Source: an uncultured Candidatus Saccharibacteria bacterium
GTDB taxonomy: Bacteria; Patescibacteriota; Minisyncoccia; Phycocordibacterales; UBA1006
NCBI GenBank assembly: GCA_964601935.1
Contig: CAZROP010000001.1
Coordinates: 98,428 to 162,427, forward strand
DNA: 64,000 nucleotides
Reading direction: 5' to 3'
Shown piece by piece: positions 1-11,729 of this stretch; the stretch's first letter is position 1, and every line of letters starts with the position of its first letter. The translations under genes were made by a program, and so were the position numbers. The notes beneath the pieces are model-generated. The model had not been told where the DNA came from, ran no database searches, and worked only from the letters and a program-made list of their open reading frames with translations.

Positions 1-831
1 AATAATTGCAAAGTTCAATAACGATACAGAGCCTTCTGGTAATGTTGATCCCAGTGCAATAATTCCTAGTGCGGTCAGTGGCACTGTTGCGAGTGCGAAT
101 GCGCGTGGTAGAGCATTCAGAAGAATGCTTTTGATTCTGCGCCAATCAACGCCTGCTACCCATTGAGGTAACGCCATACCTAGCGAACGTGTTGCGATTA
201 GCTGAACCAGCATATGCATCAGTGCAGCGACTACAATGCCGAGAGGCAATACCCAATATCCCAGTGCCTCGTACCCAAACCATACCGACACCACCATCCC
301 CAAGTTATAGATCAGGGGCGACAGAGCGACTACAATGAACTGCTTGTGCATATGCGCCGAAAGTCCGAGGATATTGGAAATCCCTAGGAATATAGGCGAT
401 ATCAGTATAATACGCGACATATCAATAGCCATTGCCAATGTTGCTGGTGCGAATCCAGGCGCAAGTAACGGTATGATAACCGGTGCCAACACAATCAGTA
501 TCAGCGCCAGAACAATAGACCCAATACTTTGGACGGTATATATCTCAGAGAGGAACCGTTGCTTTTTTTCTGGTGACTGTTCGCGCACGATATATGGCAA
601 TAGAGTAGTTGCCACAAAGAGGGCCGCTGTTGTCACATACAATACATCAGGTATTTTATGTGCCAAGACATAGGCATCTAGCACAGGACCCGGCCCAATC
701 GTACTCGCTAGTATGCGCTCACGGACAATACCAACCAGTGTAACCAACAATGTGACGCAGGAATATGCAAAGGCACCTGCCTCGGGCGAAGAAAAGCCTT
801 GAGAAAAAAACCTTCCAATTTTTTGTACCAT
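1..831 (-). CDS. murJ: Lipid II flippase MurJ (5' part; runs off window)
   Basis: Not in ORF track. Manual translation from ATG at 831: MVQKIGRFFSQ...LVGIVRERILASTIGPGPVLDAYVLAHKIPDVLY, matching the MurJ G-x-x-R-E...DAY...P-D/N motif; highly hydrophobic. Confidence 0.85.
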   Translation of the reverse strand, partial: MVQKIGRFFSQGFSSPEAGAFAYSCVTLLVTLVGIVRERILASTIGPGPVLDAYVLAHKIPDVLYVTTAALFVATTLLPYIVREQSPEKKQRFLSEIYTVQSIGSIVLALILIVLAPVIIPLLAPGFAPATLAMAIDMSRIILISPIFLGISNILGLSAHMHKQFIVVALSPLIYNLGMVVSVWFGYEALGYWVLPLGIVVAALMHMLVQLIATRSLGMALPQWVAGVDWRRIKSILLNALPRAFALATVPLTALGIIALGSTLPEGSVSLLNFAII

Positions 832-832
832 A

Positions 833-3433
833 CTAATCAGTTACAATAAAGTTAATTATTTTGTTCGGCACAAAAATAGTTTTTGTAATTGATTTACCAA
901 CAACCCACCGCGTGTAGGCATCCGTAGACAATGCCAGCTGTATCACCTCTTCCTCTGTAGCATCTAATGGTATTTCCAGTTCGCCACGAGGTTTGCCATT
1001 GACCGACACAGCAATGACCACTGTGTTGTCAGTTAATACATCAGCACTATACTCAGGCCAGCTCGCACGATGAATACTGTCAGAGCTACCCATGACAGAG
1101 TACAGTTCTTCGGTCATATGGGGAGCGAATGGCGCGAGAATAACGAGTAGTGAACGAATATCCTCTACCGATAACACCTCTCGATCAAGCACGTTAATAC
1201 ACTCCATTAATGCCGCAACCGCTGTATTGAATTTGAAATCTACGATATCCTCCCCAACCTTTTTGATTGTTCTATGAAGCGATTTGCGTGCGATCTCGCT
1301 GGACTGCACACCCTCAGTACGTGCACGATATGCAATTCGCCACACACGCTCCAGGAATCGTCGACACCCTACCAACCCATCGATAATCCATGGCTGACTT
1401 GCATCAAATGGTCCGATAAAACATTGATAGAGGCGAAATGTGTCCGCGCCGAATCGCTCTATCATTTCGTCCGGAGTAACTGTGTTGCCCCAACGCTTGG
1501 ACATTTTGCGCCCATCTGCAGCCAGTATCATACCCTGGTTACGCAATGCAGCAAATGGCTCTTCTGTCGGCGCAACGCCTATATCATAGAGAAATTTATT
1601 CCAGAATCGTGAGTACAGCAAATGCCCGGTCGCATGCTCCGTACCTCCCACATACATGTCAACACGCTGCCAATACTCAATTGCATCCTGCCCAGCCAGC
1701 GCGGTAGTGTTCTTGGGATCCATATAGCGCAGCCAGTACCATGATGATCCTGCCCAGCCTGGCATAGTATTGGTTTCGTATCCAGCATCCAACCAGGTAC
1801 TATTGCGTGCTAATGGAGGTTCGCCTGTTTCAGTGGGCGCGTACTGCTCTAACTCTGGCAACACCAGCGGCAGCTGATCTGCATCCATTTCGGTAATTGT
1901 CCCGTCAGTATTATGAATCAACGGGATAGGCTCTCCCCAGTATCGCTGACGAGCAAATATAGCATCACGCATTTTGTACTGCACAGACGATACAGCATAA
2001 TTATTATCAATCAAATACTGACGTATACGCTCATGATCCTGCTGTGGCGACATGCCTGCAAGTGATTGCGGCAATTCAAGCACAGAACTCTCGAATCCAT
2101 CATAACAATAATCGAAATTCTGAATAGCAGACTTTTCTTCTGCGGGAGCCTCTTTTGGAAACATCACCGCCACGAGAGGTAGTCCATATTTTTTTGCAAA
2201 AGCAAAGTCACGACTATCGTGTGCCGAGCATTTTATGATGCCGGTACCGTAATTCGCCAGAGCATAACTCGACACCCAGAGCGGCAAATCGCGACCTGTT
2301 ATAGGATCCTCTAGATATATACCTGTGAAAAAACCTTCGTGCTCCTGAGTTGTTTTGTAAGCATAACTATTTCTCTTTGCTGCTACAGAATCAGCATGCT
2401 GTAATAAGGTGTCTTTGTCAGGATGCCCGGAAAGTAACTCTGCGAGCATGGCATGATCCGCAGCAATAACTGCAAAGGTGTCTGCATAGAATGCATCAAA
2501 ATGCGTTGAGTATGTTTGCACTATTTTCTCTGACCCTTTGACCTGTAAAGAGAATAGTACGCCTGTTTGTTTTCCTATCCAATTACGCTGAGTTGTCTTT
2601 ATGCTCTCGCTCCAATCCAGTGATTCCAATCCAGACAGCAATCGGTCGGCGTATGCAGTGATTCGCATGAACCATTGGCGCATTGATTTTTTGGTTACAG
2701 GATAATCTCCACGTTCACTGATCAGGTTCCCATCCGAATCAGTCTTTACCTCGTCATTTGCCAATACAGTCCCCAATTCTGCACACCAGTTTACCTCGGC
2801 GTAGCCTTCATAGGCAAGACGATAATTCATCAGAATTCCTTGCTGTTCTAACTCTGACATTGTATTCCAATCATCAGTAGAAAATGTAGGGCGATGTGAA
2901 CAGGCAGCAGATACAGACGCGCTGCCTGCAATCTGAAATTGTTGAACAAGCTGGGTAATCGGCAGCGCCTTGTCCGCCTGTATATCATAGTAGTGATTAT
3001 ATAAATGCAGGAATATCCACTGCGTCCAGCGATAAAAATCAGGACGATGTGTCGCTATTTCTCGCGACCAATCATATGACATTCCTATCATCGATAATTG
3101 AGATTTAAATGTCTGTATCAGCTCCTCGGTAAATGGACCGGGATTATTGCCAGTTTTGATTGCGTACTGTTCTGCAGGTAGCCCAAAACTATCGAACCCC
3201 ATAGGATGTAACACATTGAATCCCTGCATTCTTTTGAAACGCGAAAACACATCGCTCGCGACATATCCACGAGGGTGTCCCACATGTAGACCTGCCCCGG
3301 ACGGGTACGGGAACATGTCTAGGCAGTAATATTTAGGCCTTGCGGTATCTTCTGTAACCTTGTATACCCCATTATCTTGCCAGTATTCCTGCCATTTTGG
3401 TTCGATCGACTGGGGATCATAGTTAGGAGTCAT
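833..3433 (-). CDS. leuS: Leucine--tRNA ligase
   Basis: MFPYPSGAGLHVGH (HIGH), KMSKR (KMSKS), GFDSFGLPAEQYA, RQRYWGEPIP. Confidence 0.98.
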   Translation of the reverse strand: MTPNYDPQSIEPKWQEYWQDNGVYKVTEDTARPKYYCLDMFPYPSGAGLHVGHPRGYVASDVFSRFKRMQGFNVLHPMGFDSFGLPAEQYAIKTGNNPGPFTEELIQTFKSQLSMIGMSYDWSREIATHRPDFYRWTQWIFLHLYNHYYDIQADKALPITQLVQQFQIAGSASVSAACSHRPTFSTDDWNTMSELEQQGILMNYRLAYEGYAEVNWCAELGTVLANDEVKTDSDGNLISERGDYPVTKKSMRQWFMRITAYADRLLSGLESLDWSESIKTTQRNWIGKQTGVLFSLQVKGSEKIVQTYSTHFDAFYADTFAVIAADHAMLAELLSGHPDKDTLLQHADSVAAKRNSYAYKTTQEHEGFFTGIYLEDPITGRDLPLWVSSYALANYGTGIIKCSAHDSRDFAFAKKYGLPLVAVMFPKEAPAEEKSAIQNFDYCYDGFESSVLELPQSLAGMSPQQDHERIRQYLIDNNYAVSSVQYKMRDAIFARQRYWGEPIPLIHNTDGTITEMDADQLPLVLPELEQYAPTETGEPPLARNSTWLDAGYETNTMPGWAGSSWYWLRYMDPKNTTALAGQDAIEYWQRVDMYVGGTEHATGHLLYSRFWNKFLYDIGVAPTEEPFAALRNQGMILAADGRKMSKRWGNTVTPDEMIERFGADTFRLYQCFIGPFDASQPWIIDGLVGCRRFLERVWRIAYRARTEGVQSSEIARKSLHRTIKKVGEDIVDFKFNTAVAALMECINVLDREVLSVEDIRSLLVILAPFAPHMTEELYSVMGSSDSIHRASWPEYSADVLTDNTVVIAVSVNGKPRGELEIPLDATEEEVIQLALSTDAYTRWVVGKSITKTIFVPNKIINFIVTD

Positions 3434-3493
3434 ATGGGTATATTGTACACGTATACCGTCAAAAATACAGGATAATTGAAAGAGGACTACATA

Positions 3494-3570
3494 TGAAAAA
3501 ACCGACTCACAATAAATTGATTGCCGGTTTTTTCAGTGTAGTTGCGACCCCCGAAAGGGTCACTTCTACC
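3494..3570 (-). ncRNA. Candidate small RNA/leader: UUCG hairpin followed by intrinsic terminator
   Basis: Promoter-like TTGCAT-16-TATATT (3603..3576), hairpin GUAG-AA-GUGACCCU-UUCG-GGGGUCGC-AA-CUAC, then AAAAAACCGGC...GUCGGUUUUUU. Confidence 0.4.
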
Positions 3571-3641
3571 TATCTAATATAGCACACTATCTTTAGAATG
3601 CAAGTCTTTTCCCGAACGCAAATCCATCCTCATCGTCTACC

Positions 3642-4238
3642 CTATATATACCCTGATTCTCGAAAGACCTTTTCGTATAGATAGTAGGTCTGGAGAGCTT
3701 GGCGCTGATCCAGCACGAATCCACTACCCGCATGGGCTATTTGGTTACGCACCTTGTGTGCCTCCCACGCCTCGTTAAGAGCTGGGAATGTATGCTTGTT
3801 TGCTGATTTCATACGTTCACCTAATGTATTCCCGGGATATCCCAATCGTGCGAACAGATCATCCAGCATAGTGTCGGCATCGATAATTGCAACACGCCAG
3901 TCTGCCGGGTTCGGCGTACGAATCAGATAACTAATCGTTTCCCAGCGCTGATTCTGGATAACTTCAGGTGCTGACTGTAGATACATGCTCGCGATTCGCG
4001 CCTCACGCTTCTTTTTTATTTCTGACAACTTTCCACTAAATACCATATAGAACAATATCACTGACGCCACCATGATTGCCAACAAAATATCGAGCCAGTA
4101 TATGCCAACTCCCCCAACTCTAAACAACGGATCGCCAACACCGAATATAAAAGCCAAGAAATTTCCTATACCACGAAAGAGCCATCCAAAAAAATCAGAA
4201 ATCACATCAGGCGATATCCAAAATGAATCTGTGAACAT
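3642..4238 (-). CDS. Membrane-anchored hypothetical protein with C-terminal HEPN-like R-x4-H motif
   Basis: N-terminal hydrophobic segments; AIIDADTMLD...GERMK...AHKVRNQIAH. Confidence 0.7.
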   Translation of the reverse strand: MFTDSFWISPDVISDFFGWLFRGIGNFLAFIFGVGDPLFRVGGVGIYWLDILLAIMVASVILFYMVFSGKLSEIKKKREARIASMYLQSAPEVIQNQRWETISYLIRTPNPADWRVAIIDADTMLDDLFARLGYPGNTLGERMKSANKHTFPALNEAWEAHKVRNQIAHAGSGFVLDQRQALQTYYLYEKVFRESGYI

Positions 4239-4299
4239 ACTATACTGCTAGTATACCGCAGAGCACTGATAAAAAACAACATATAACCACTTATTTACA

Positions 4300-4794
4300 T
4301 TAATGTATTAATGCAGTAATATTTTCGCAGACACGTCCTATCTCGTACTCATTAACCTCTTTGAAATCAGGCCTTAGCACTACATATTGATAAGCATTTA
4401 TAAACGCTTGATTCTCGTAGAGTAACCCGTGCTGGTACATGGCCCTTGCTAAAAGCTTTATGTTATTCAACTTCATCTTTCGATCCTCTAACATCTGCTC
4501 ATCATCAAACTGGCTACCTTTATAATAATCAGTAACATTAAAATTTAATAAAGCTTCCAACACAGAATCAACTTGCATTTGAGTTTCTGGACTCAGGGAG
4601 TTATGACCAGTGTACTCTCTAGTAAATCGAGCAATATTGTAGATATTTTGTTCATAAGTCTCATTATGCAGCATTTCACTGTCAGTCAAAGGTGTTAAAA
4701 CAAAATCTTTAAAGACACCAATTGCAGCAGTCACTGGCACGAGAGATCTTTCCGTCTCTGGTAAATTAATAAGTTTTTCTGTCATATACGACAT
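4300..4794 (-). CDS. Hypothetical protein (AT-rich ORFan)
   Basis: 164-aa ORF filling the gap, co-oriented; TACAAT 7 nt before ATG at 4785 suggests that start. Confidence 0.6.
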   Translation of the reverse strand: MSYMTEKLINLPETERSLVPVTAAIGVFKDFVLTPLTDSEMLHNETYEQNIYNIARFTREYTGHNSLSPETQMQVDSVLEALLNFNVTDYYKGSQFDDEQMLEDRKMKLNNIKLLARAMYQHGLLYENQAFINAYQYVVLRPDFKEVNEYEIGRVCENITALIH

Positions 4795-4808
4795 TGTACT
4801 ACAAGACC

Positions 4809-6221
4809 CTACCCACGCAAACCCTCTATAACCTTACCTAGCGCAAACAATCGCTCTTCGCCAAATCGAGGACCCATGATTTGTACACCCAGCGGCATAC
4901 CTGTTGTATCCAATCCATATGGGACAGATAATGCAGGGACGCCTGCCAGGTTGGCAGGTACTGTGAATACATCCATCATATACATTGCGACAGGATCTGC
5001 CACCTCACCTAGTTTGAATGCACCCATAGTAGTGGTCGGGGTCAGTACCACATCAACATCGTTATATGCAGCATATATTTCCTGACGAATGAGCTCGCGC
5101 ACTTGGGTAGCTTTTGTATAATATGCATCACGATAACCAGCAGATAACACATAGGCACCTAGCAACATGCGACGTTCTGTTTCGGGACCGAATCCTGCCC
5201 CCTTCGACTGCATATAGGTATCCAATAAATCAGAACCAGTAACACGTACACCAAATCGTATTCCGTCCATGCGCGCAAGATTTGTGGATACCTCTGCTGG
5301 AATAATTACATAGTATACTGGCACCGATGCGGTAATTGTCGGCAATTCAATATCCCGTACTTCGTATCCTGCAGCAGTTAGTTTCTGAATCAAACTCTCA
5401 AATTCTGAACGAACAGTATCAGATACACCATCCATACCCAGAAGCCTGCGAGGGACACCGATTACTTTCACCTCGCTACTAGGAATAATTCTCTCCGCAT
5501 CCGGGACAGACTGTGCGTCACGATCATCAAATCCATTCATGATGCCAAACAAAGTCTTGCAGTCATCGACGTGCGTACCCACAGGACCCGGCTGATCCAG
5601 TGATGAGCCCATAGCAATTAACCCATAGCGAGAACATGAACCGTAAGTAGGATAGAGTCCGCACAAACCACAGAACGATGCAGGCAAACGTACTGATCCT
5701 GCAGTATCTGTCCCGATAGCGGCCACACACATACCTGCTGCCACCGATGCAGCTGCCCCTCCTGACGATCCACCGGGCACACGAGTCGTATCTAATGGAT
5801 TTTTAGTTGGTCCGTATGCAGAATATTCACACGATGAACCCATAGCGAATTCATCCATGTTTGTACGCCCGATAATAACCGCTCCCGCAAGAAGAAGCTT
5901 TTCTACCACATCCGAACTATACGGAGCCATGTAATTCTCTAGAATCTTTGAGGATGCAGATGCACGATGATGTGCGAACAAAACATTATCTTTTATCGAC
6001 ACAGGAACACCCAGCAATGGACCCGCCTCACCATTCGCACGGCGACGATCTGCATCAGCTGCCTGATCCAGCACATCTTCGTATACTTCTAAAAAGATAT
6101 TCAGTTCTGTATTAGATTCATGAATGCGCGCCAAACATGCATTCGCCAAATCAACTGCGGTGACACTGCCTGCTGATAATAATGCCTGCGCTTCAGCTAT
6201 AGTTTTTGGAACTTCGATCAT
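4809..6221 (-). CDS. gatA: Asp/Glu-tRNA amidotransferase subunit A
   Basis: Amidase signature GGSSGGAAA, GTDTAGSVRLPAS, TNMDEFAMGSS; start taken at MIEVPK, just after the gatC stop. Confidence 0.96.
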   Translation of the reverse strand: MIEVPKTIAEAQALLSAGSVTAVDLANACLARIHESNTELNIFLEVYEDVLDQAADADRRRANGEAGPLLGVPVSIKDNVLFAHHRASASSKILENYMAPYSSDVVEKLLLAGAVIIGRTNMDEFAMGSSCEYSAYGPTKNPLDTTRVPGGSSGGAAASVAAGMCVAAIGTDTAGSVRLPASFCGLCGLYPTYGSCSRYGLIAMGSSLDQPGPVGTHVDDCKTLFGIMNGFDDRDAQSVPDAERIIPSSEVKVIGVPRRLLGMDGVSDTVRSEFESLIQKLTAAGYEVRDIELPTITASVPVYYVIIPAEVSTNLARMDGIRFGVRVTGSDLLDTYMQSKGAGFGPETERRMLLGAYVLSAGYRDAYYTKATQVRELIRQEIYAAYNDVDVVLTPTTTMGAFKLGEVADPVAMYMMDVFTVPANLAGVPALSVPYGLDTTGMPLGVQIMGPRFGEERLFALGKVIEGLRG

Positions 6222-6228
6222 ATGATTA

Positions 6229-6516
6229 TTATTTTTTGAGCACCTGCTGAACTCGTAATTGACCGAGCGTATTGTCAGGAAAATTAGCAACGATGCCCTC
6301 TACCGTGTCGGTCGATGCAGAACGCACGATGTCGGGTCGCACATGATTTACGATGTTATGCTGCACCTGAAACCCATCAGGAATAACGATGCTGTTAATC
6401 TCATCAATGCACCTCAGTATGGATTTGAAATCCTCCAATCGCTTAGGGATATCTTCGGGTGCCACCTGTACGCGTGCTAGGAGGGACAGTTTTTGCAATA
6501 ATGCCTCATCAATCAT
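6229..6516 (-). CDS. gatC: Asp/Glu-tRNA amidotransferase subunit C
   Basis: 95 aa, KLSLLARV...ILRCIDEI...VRPD, directly upstream of gatA. Confidence 0.88.
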   Translation of the reverse strand: MIDEALLQKLSLLARVQVAPEDIPKRLEDFKSILRCIDEINSIVIPDGFQVQHNIVNHVRPDIVRSASTDTVEGIVANFPDNTLGQLRVQQVLKK

Positions 6517-6626
6517 ATTTCTTTATACTACCAGGAAACCATTCAAAAATGAAATTTGACTTTTGACACAGGAATGGCGAATAGTGCACCTACACACAAT
6601 ATATCCGAGACCACCCTGAAAAGAAA

Positions 6627-6678
6627 AATATGGTATATCGACCACAGCTGTTGAGCTACGGAACGATATACCATATTT
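6627..6678 (-). terminator. Long inverted repeat / probable terminator
   Basis: Arms AAATATGGTATATCG ... CGATATACCATATTT just after the stop of 6680..6958. Confidence 0.55.
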
Positions 6679-6679
6679 A

Positions 6680-6958
6680 CTAAAGATCTCTGCCCTCTAG
6701 CATTAAAACACCGCCAAAGGCTACTATTGCGAGAATGAGTAACAAGAACCAAATCCCGAGAGACGCCACGAACCCTGCAGGAGACAAACCCAGCAATCCG
6801 AATAAGATGGAGCACTCTGCAGCAACCCCGAGTATGCCTATTTCCCATTGTTTTCTTCTTAAAATGGGGCGAGGAGCAATCCCTTGGTGGCTGGTTACCA
6901 GAATGTATAACGCTCCTGCGATGGAGCAAAACGCGAGCAATAAATATAACCAGTGCAT
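6680..6958 (-). CDS. Small membrane protein (about 3 TM)
   Basis: 92 aa with three hydrophobic stretches, followed by a hairpin. Confidence 0.55.
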   Translation of the reverse strand: MHWLYLLLAFCSIAGALYILVTSHQGIAPRPILRRKQWEIGILGVAAECSILFGLLGLSPAGFVASLGIWFLLLILAIVAFGGVLMLEGRDL

Positions 6959-7023
6959 AAGCGTTGAGTTTTATTAGTTTACTTCATAAAACCATGAAAT
7001 CCTGAAAAAGCAACTGGTTAAAT

Positions 7024-9027
<2,004 letters not shown>

Positions 9028-9094
9028 CTAGTATATCAAAAGTAGCCCTTCATGCGAGGACTACTTTAATCCAGAAGTATATAGAGATACTACC

Positions 9095-9691
9095 CTAGGA
9101 GACTACGACAGGTATCCTGACCAAGATTTTTCGTTCCACCAGATTAGGATCTGACAATAGAGGCTTCATAAGGCTGGCAGAATCAGATTCACAAATACTA
9201 TACCCATACGCTTCGAGCATATATCCTGTCTCAATCTCTCGCGTCACCAGGTTGGCCCACGTAGCATCTGCTGTAATGACCACAACGCCACATGCAGATG
9301 ATTCACCCCCGCCCGAACTTGCAGTCCAAGGTATGTTAGGTACAGACCATCCCACCCCTACAGATACAGGTACTGTGTTACGAAAATCAAAATAGTAAAC
9401 TTCCTTGAGAGGGTCCGATAGTTGATCTGTTCGCACAACGCCACCGCAACTAAATGTTGCAGCATCTGGATAAATTTTTGCGAGTCCGCACTCCATCCCT
9501 GTATCAGCAGCTGCAAATGCAGATTGTGTTTCTGACTGAATAGAGCCCAACTGGGATTGTCGCGTAGAGGACAGTAATAAGGAAACTGATATACCTACTG
9601 TAACTGATATGACAACAATGGTAAACAACAGAATAAATCCATTCTGTTTTGGTATATTTCGTAAAGATTGTAATAAGTGTATATTCTTCAT
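9095..9691 (-). CDS. PilX-like minor pilin
   Basis: G|FILLFTIVV (no E5), AFAAADTGMECG motif, within pilin cluster. Confidence 0.75.
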   Translation of the reverse strand: MKNIHLLQSLRNIPKQNGFILLFTIVVISVTVGISVSLLLSSTRQSQLGSIQSETQSAFAAADTGMECGLAKIYPDAATFSCGGVVRTDQLSDPLKEVYYFDFRNTVPVSVGVGWSVPNIPWTASSGGGESSACGVVVITADATWANLVTREIETGYMLEAYGYSICESDSASLMKPLLSDPNLVERKILVRIPVVVS

Positions 9692-9694
9692 ATG

Positions 9695-10321
9695 TTACCC
9701 TGTTGGACCAGGTGTTGGGCCAGGTCCCGGTCCGGGGTCTGGGAGAGGTGTAGTTGGTGTCAAATCCTGCTCTTCATACCAAGGACGGAATTCTTTGGTT
9801 AATACAATCTGTTTCTGTATCAATGCATCCGACGTGGTGTACCATACAACAGCACGCACAAATACACCGTTATCATTCAGTCCTGTAGGTTTTATATATA
9901 GGATTCGACGAAAAGAAGTCGCCTCTGTAGTTGTTGCATTATTGGTAAAATTTACCACCACTCCTGCTGCAGAAGGAATATTCTTTACTCTGGCACAGTC
10001 GCCCGCAGGATTTGTACAGGCTGCGAGTGTAACTGTACTCGCCACAGCATCAGTGTAGTCAATACGGCAGCCTTGACCACAAGGTTTTATCATCCCAAAA
10101 GGGCTGGCGATATTTCCTGCTAATACCTCGGACATAATGAGCTGTTGAGCAATCTCTATCGCTTCCACCGCCAAAAATTCTGCCTGGACTCGCCGCTCCG
10201 CCTCACGCGAGTTCACTGTCGTGCGTGAAGTAATCAGCGTCAAAGCACCCAACGATAATGTCAGTGCCAATATGGCAACTAGTGTTTCTATCAAAGTAAA
10301 TCCTCGTAGTTTAGTTCTCAT
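9695..10321 (-). CDS. Type IV prepilin (PilV-like minor pilin)
   Basis: RG|FTLIETLVAILAL N-methylation site; Pro/Gly tail. Confidence 0.85.
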   Translation of the reverse strand: MRTKLRGFTLIETLVAILALTLSLGALTLITSRTTVNSREAERRVQAEFLAVEAIEIAQQLIMSEVLAGNIASPFGMIKPCGQGCRIDYTDAVASTVTLAACTNPAGDCARVKNIPSAAGVVVNFTNNATTTEATSFRRILYIKPTGLNDNGVFVRAVVWYTTSDALIQKQIVLTKEFRPWYEEQDLTPTTPLPDPGPGPGPTPGPTG

Positions 10322-10326
10322 ACAAT

Positions 10327-10926
10327 TTATATAGGTGAATCAATATCTAGTTGCCGTTGTGTTAGTGTAGTCTGTAGCGGTACAACGAACTCAACCCCTT
10401 TATAAGAATATACGATCTGCATACGCAAACTCACATATGGTTGCTTTACATCGCTAGTACCTACACCTCGGGCAATAAACCCAAAAGTCTTGAATTTTAA
10501 GGAGTAATCATCGTGGAGCTTTTTGTAAGCTTCATTTCCTATTTTCCTCTCTACTACATAATAGTTTGTGCTAGGAACCTGTACAACACGCAGGCGGATC
10601 GAGCGCCCATCCTGGTCACGATAAGCAAATCCAGGAACAGCTACAGATGCACACGTTGAAATATCTACCGTAGTACCTGTTGCGTCAGCACATTCATATT
10701 CAGAACCCATACGAATAGAACGACTAAGCGAGTCCAGCAAAAAATAAGCAGACTGAATGGATTGATCTTTTATACGAACACGCTTTGCAGCAGCATCCAT
10801 AGTAACCACAGAAAGTACACCCAGAGAGATCGTGGTAATGAAAATTGTCATAGATACCAAAACCTCAATCAAGGTAAACCCTGCAGCTATACGAATATTT
10901 TGGTTAGTCTTAAGAGAAAAATTCAT
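10327..10926 (-). CDS. Type IV prepilin (PilW-like minor pilin)
   Basis: AG|FTLIEVLVSM; LDSLSRSIRMG; ends LQTTLTQR. Confidence 0.85.
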   Translation of the reverse strand: MNFSLKTNQNIRIAAGFTLIEVLVSMTIFITTISLGVLSVVTMDAAAKRVRIKDQSIQSAYFLLDSLSRSIRMGSEYECADATGTTVDISTCASVAVPGFAYRDQDGRSIRLRVVQVPSTNYYVVERKIGNEAYKKLHDDYSLKFKTFGFIARGVGTSDVKQPYVSLRMQIVYSYKGVEFVVPLQTTLTQRQLDIDSPI

Positions 10927-10933
10927 ATACTTG

Positions 10934-11644
10934 TTAGCGGACGAAAATGTTTCCTGACGGTTCTATGACGACATATCGATATATCGTACCGTTACCTGAT
11001 GCAGACTCCAGTTGAATTACAGCTGGTTTACCAGCCAACACACCGCGATATGCTGACTCAACAATAGGGTCCGACGCCAGACGAGAAAACTCTATTGAAG
11101 TACTCGTTCCATAGGTAGAGCAGACCCCTGGAGTGACATAATCTACTGTAGTGCACAGGCGCGCTGAGATATTGGTTGCTGCAAGATTTTTTACCTCTAC
11201 AGGAACATCACTGCCCGATTGATACCCTGCTGCTAGATTTACACCACGGTATACGGTTAACTTTGATATCTTACCTCCAGAAACATCGAACTGAACACCG
11301 CTACGCACACGATCGTTACCTGCCAGCATTTCTCCTGTCGTAGAGAAGTCAGTGATTCCCTGGCCTGCAGTACGCCCACCCACCTGGGCCAAATGAATCA
11401 TATTTGCAATATCCAATGCGCTAGCGGACAAGACAACTGACTCACGTGACCCGCGATAATTAAATAAAACCACTGTAGAACTCACCACAACTAGCGCCAT
11501 AACAACGATCAGCTCTGTCAGAGTAAAGCCTTTCACCTTCTGAAGAGAATGATTGTTTCTAGGATACACAGGCGACATGCATAGAAAAAATGCGCGGGAG
11601 AATATATTATGGCATCCTGCCACTTTGTGCGATTTCTCATTCAT
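10934..11644 (-). CDS. Type IV prepilin (FimT/GspH-like)
   Basis: KG|FTLTELIVVM; C-terminal VVIEPSGNI; start may be internal. Confidence 0.8.
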   Translation of the reverse strand: MNEKSHKVAGCHNIFSRAFFLCMSPVYPRNNHSLQKVKGFTLTELIVVMALVVVSSTVVLFNYRGSRESVVLSASALDIANMIHLAQVGGRTAGQGITDFSTTGEMLAGNDRVRSGVQFDVSGGKISKLTVYRGVNLAAGYQSGSDVPVEVKNLAATNISARLCTTVDYVTPGVCSTYGTSTSIEFSRLASDPIVESAYRGVLAGKPAVIQLESASGNGTIYRYVVIEPSGNIFVR

Positions 11645-11729
11645 ATATTCATAGTATCACGTACACCACCTACCCAACAACGAGCTAGTGCACAGAGCGG
11701 ACATCGGGGGCAGGGTTTCATAGACCCTA

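Noticed and set aside
335-673. Plus-strand 112-aa ORF and the many other short antisense ORFs in the track
   Set aside because: They are shadows of well-supported genes on the opposite strand (here murJ).
3494-3570. T-box riboswitch, tRNA or SRP RNA upstream of leuS
   Set aside because: No T-box UGGNACC sequence, no cloverleaf and no SRP domain IV motif.
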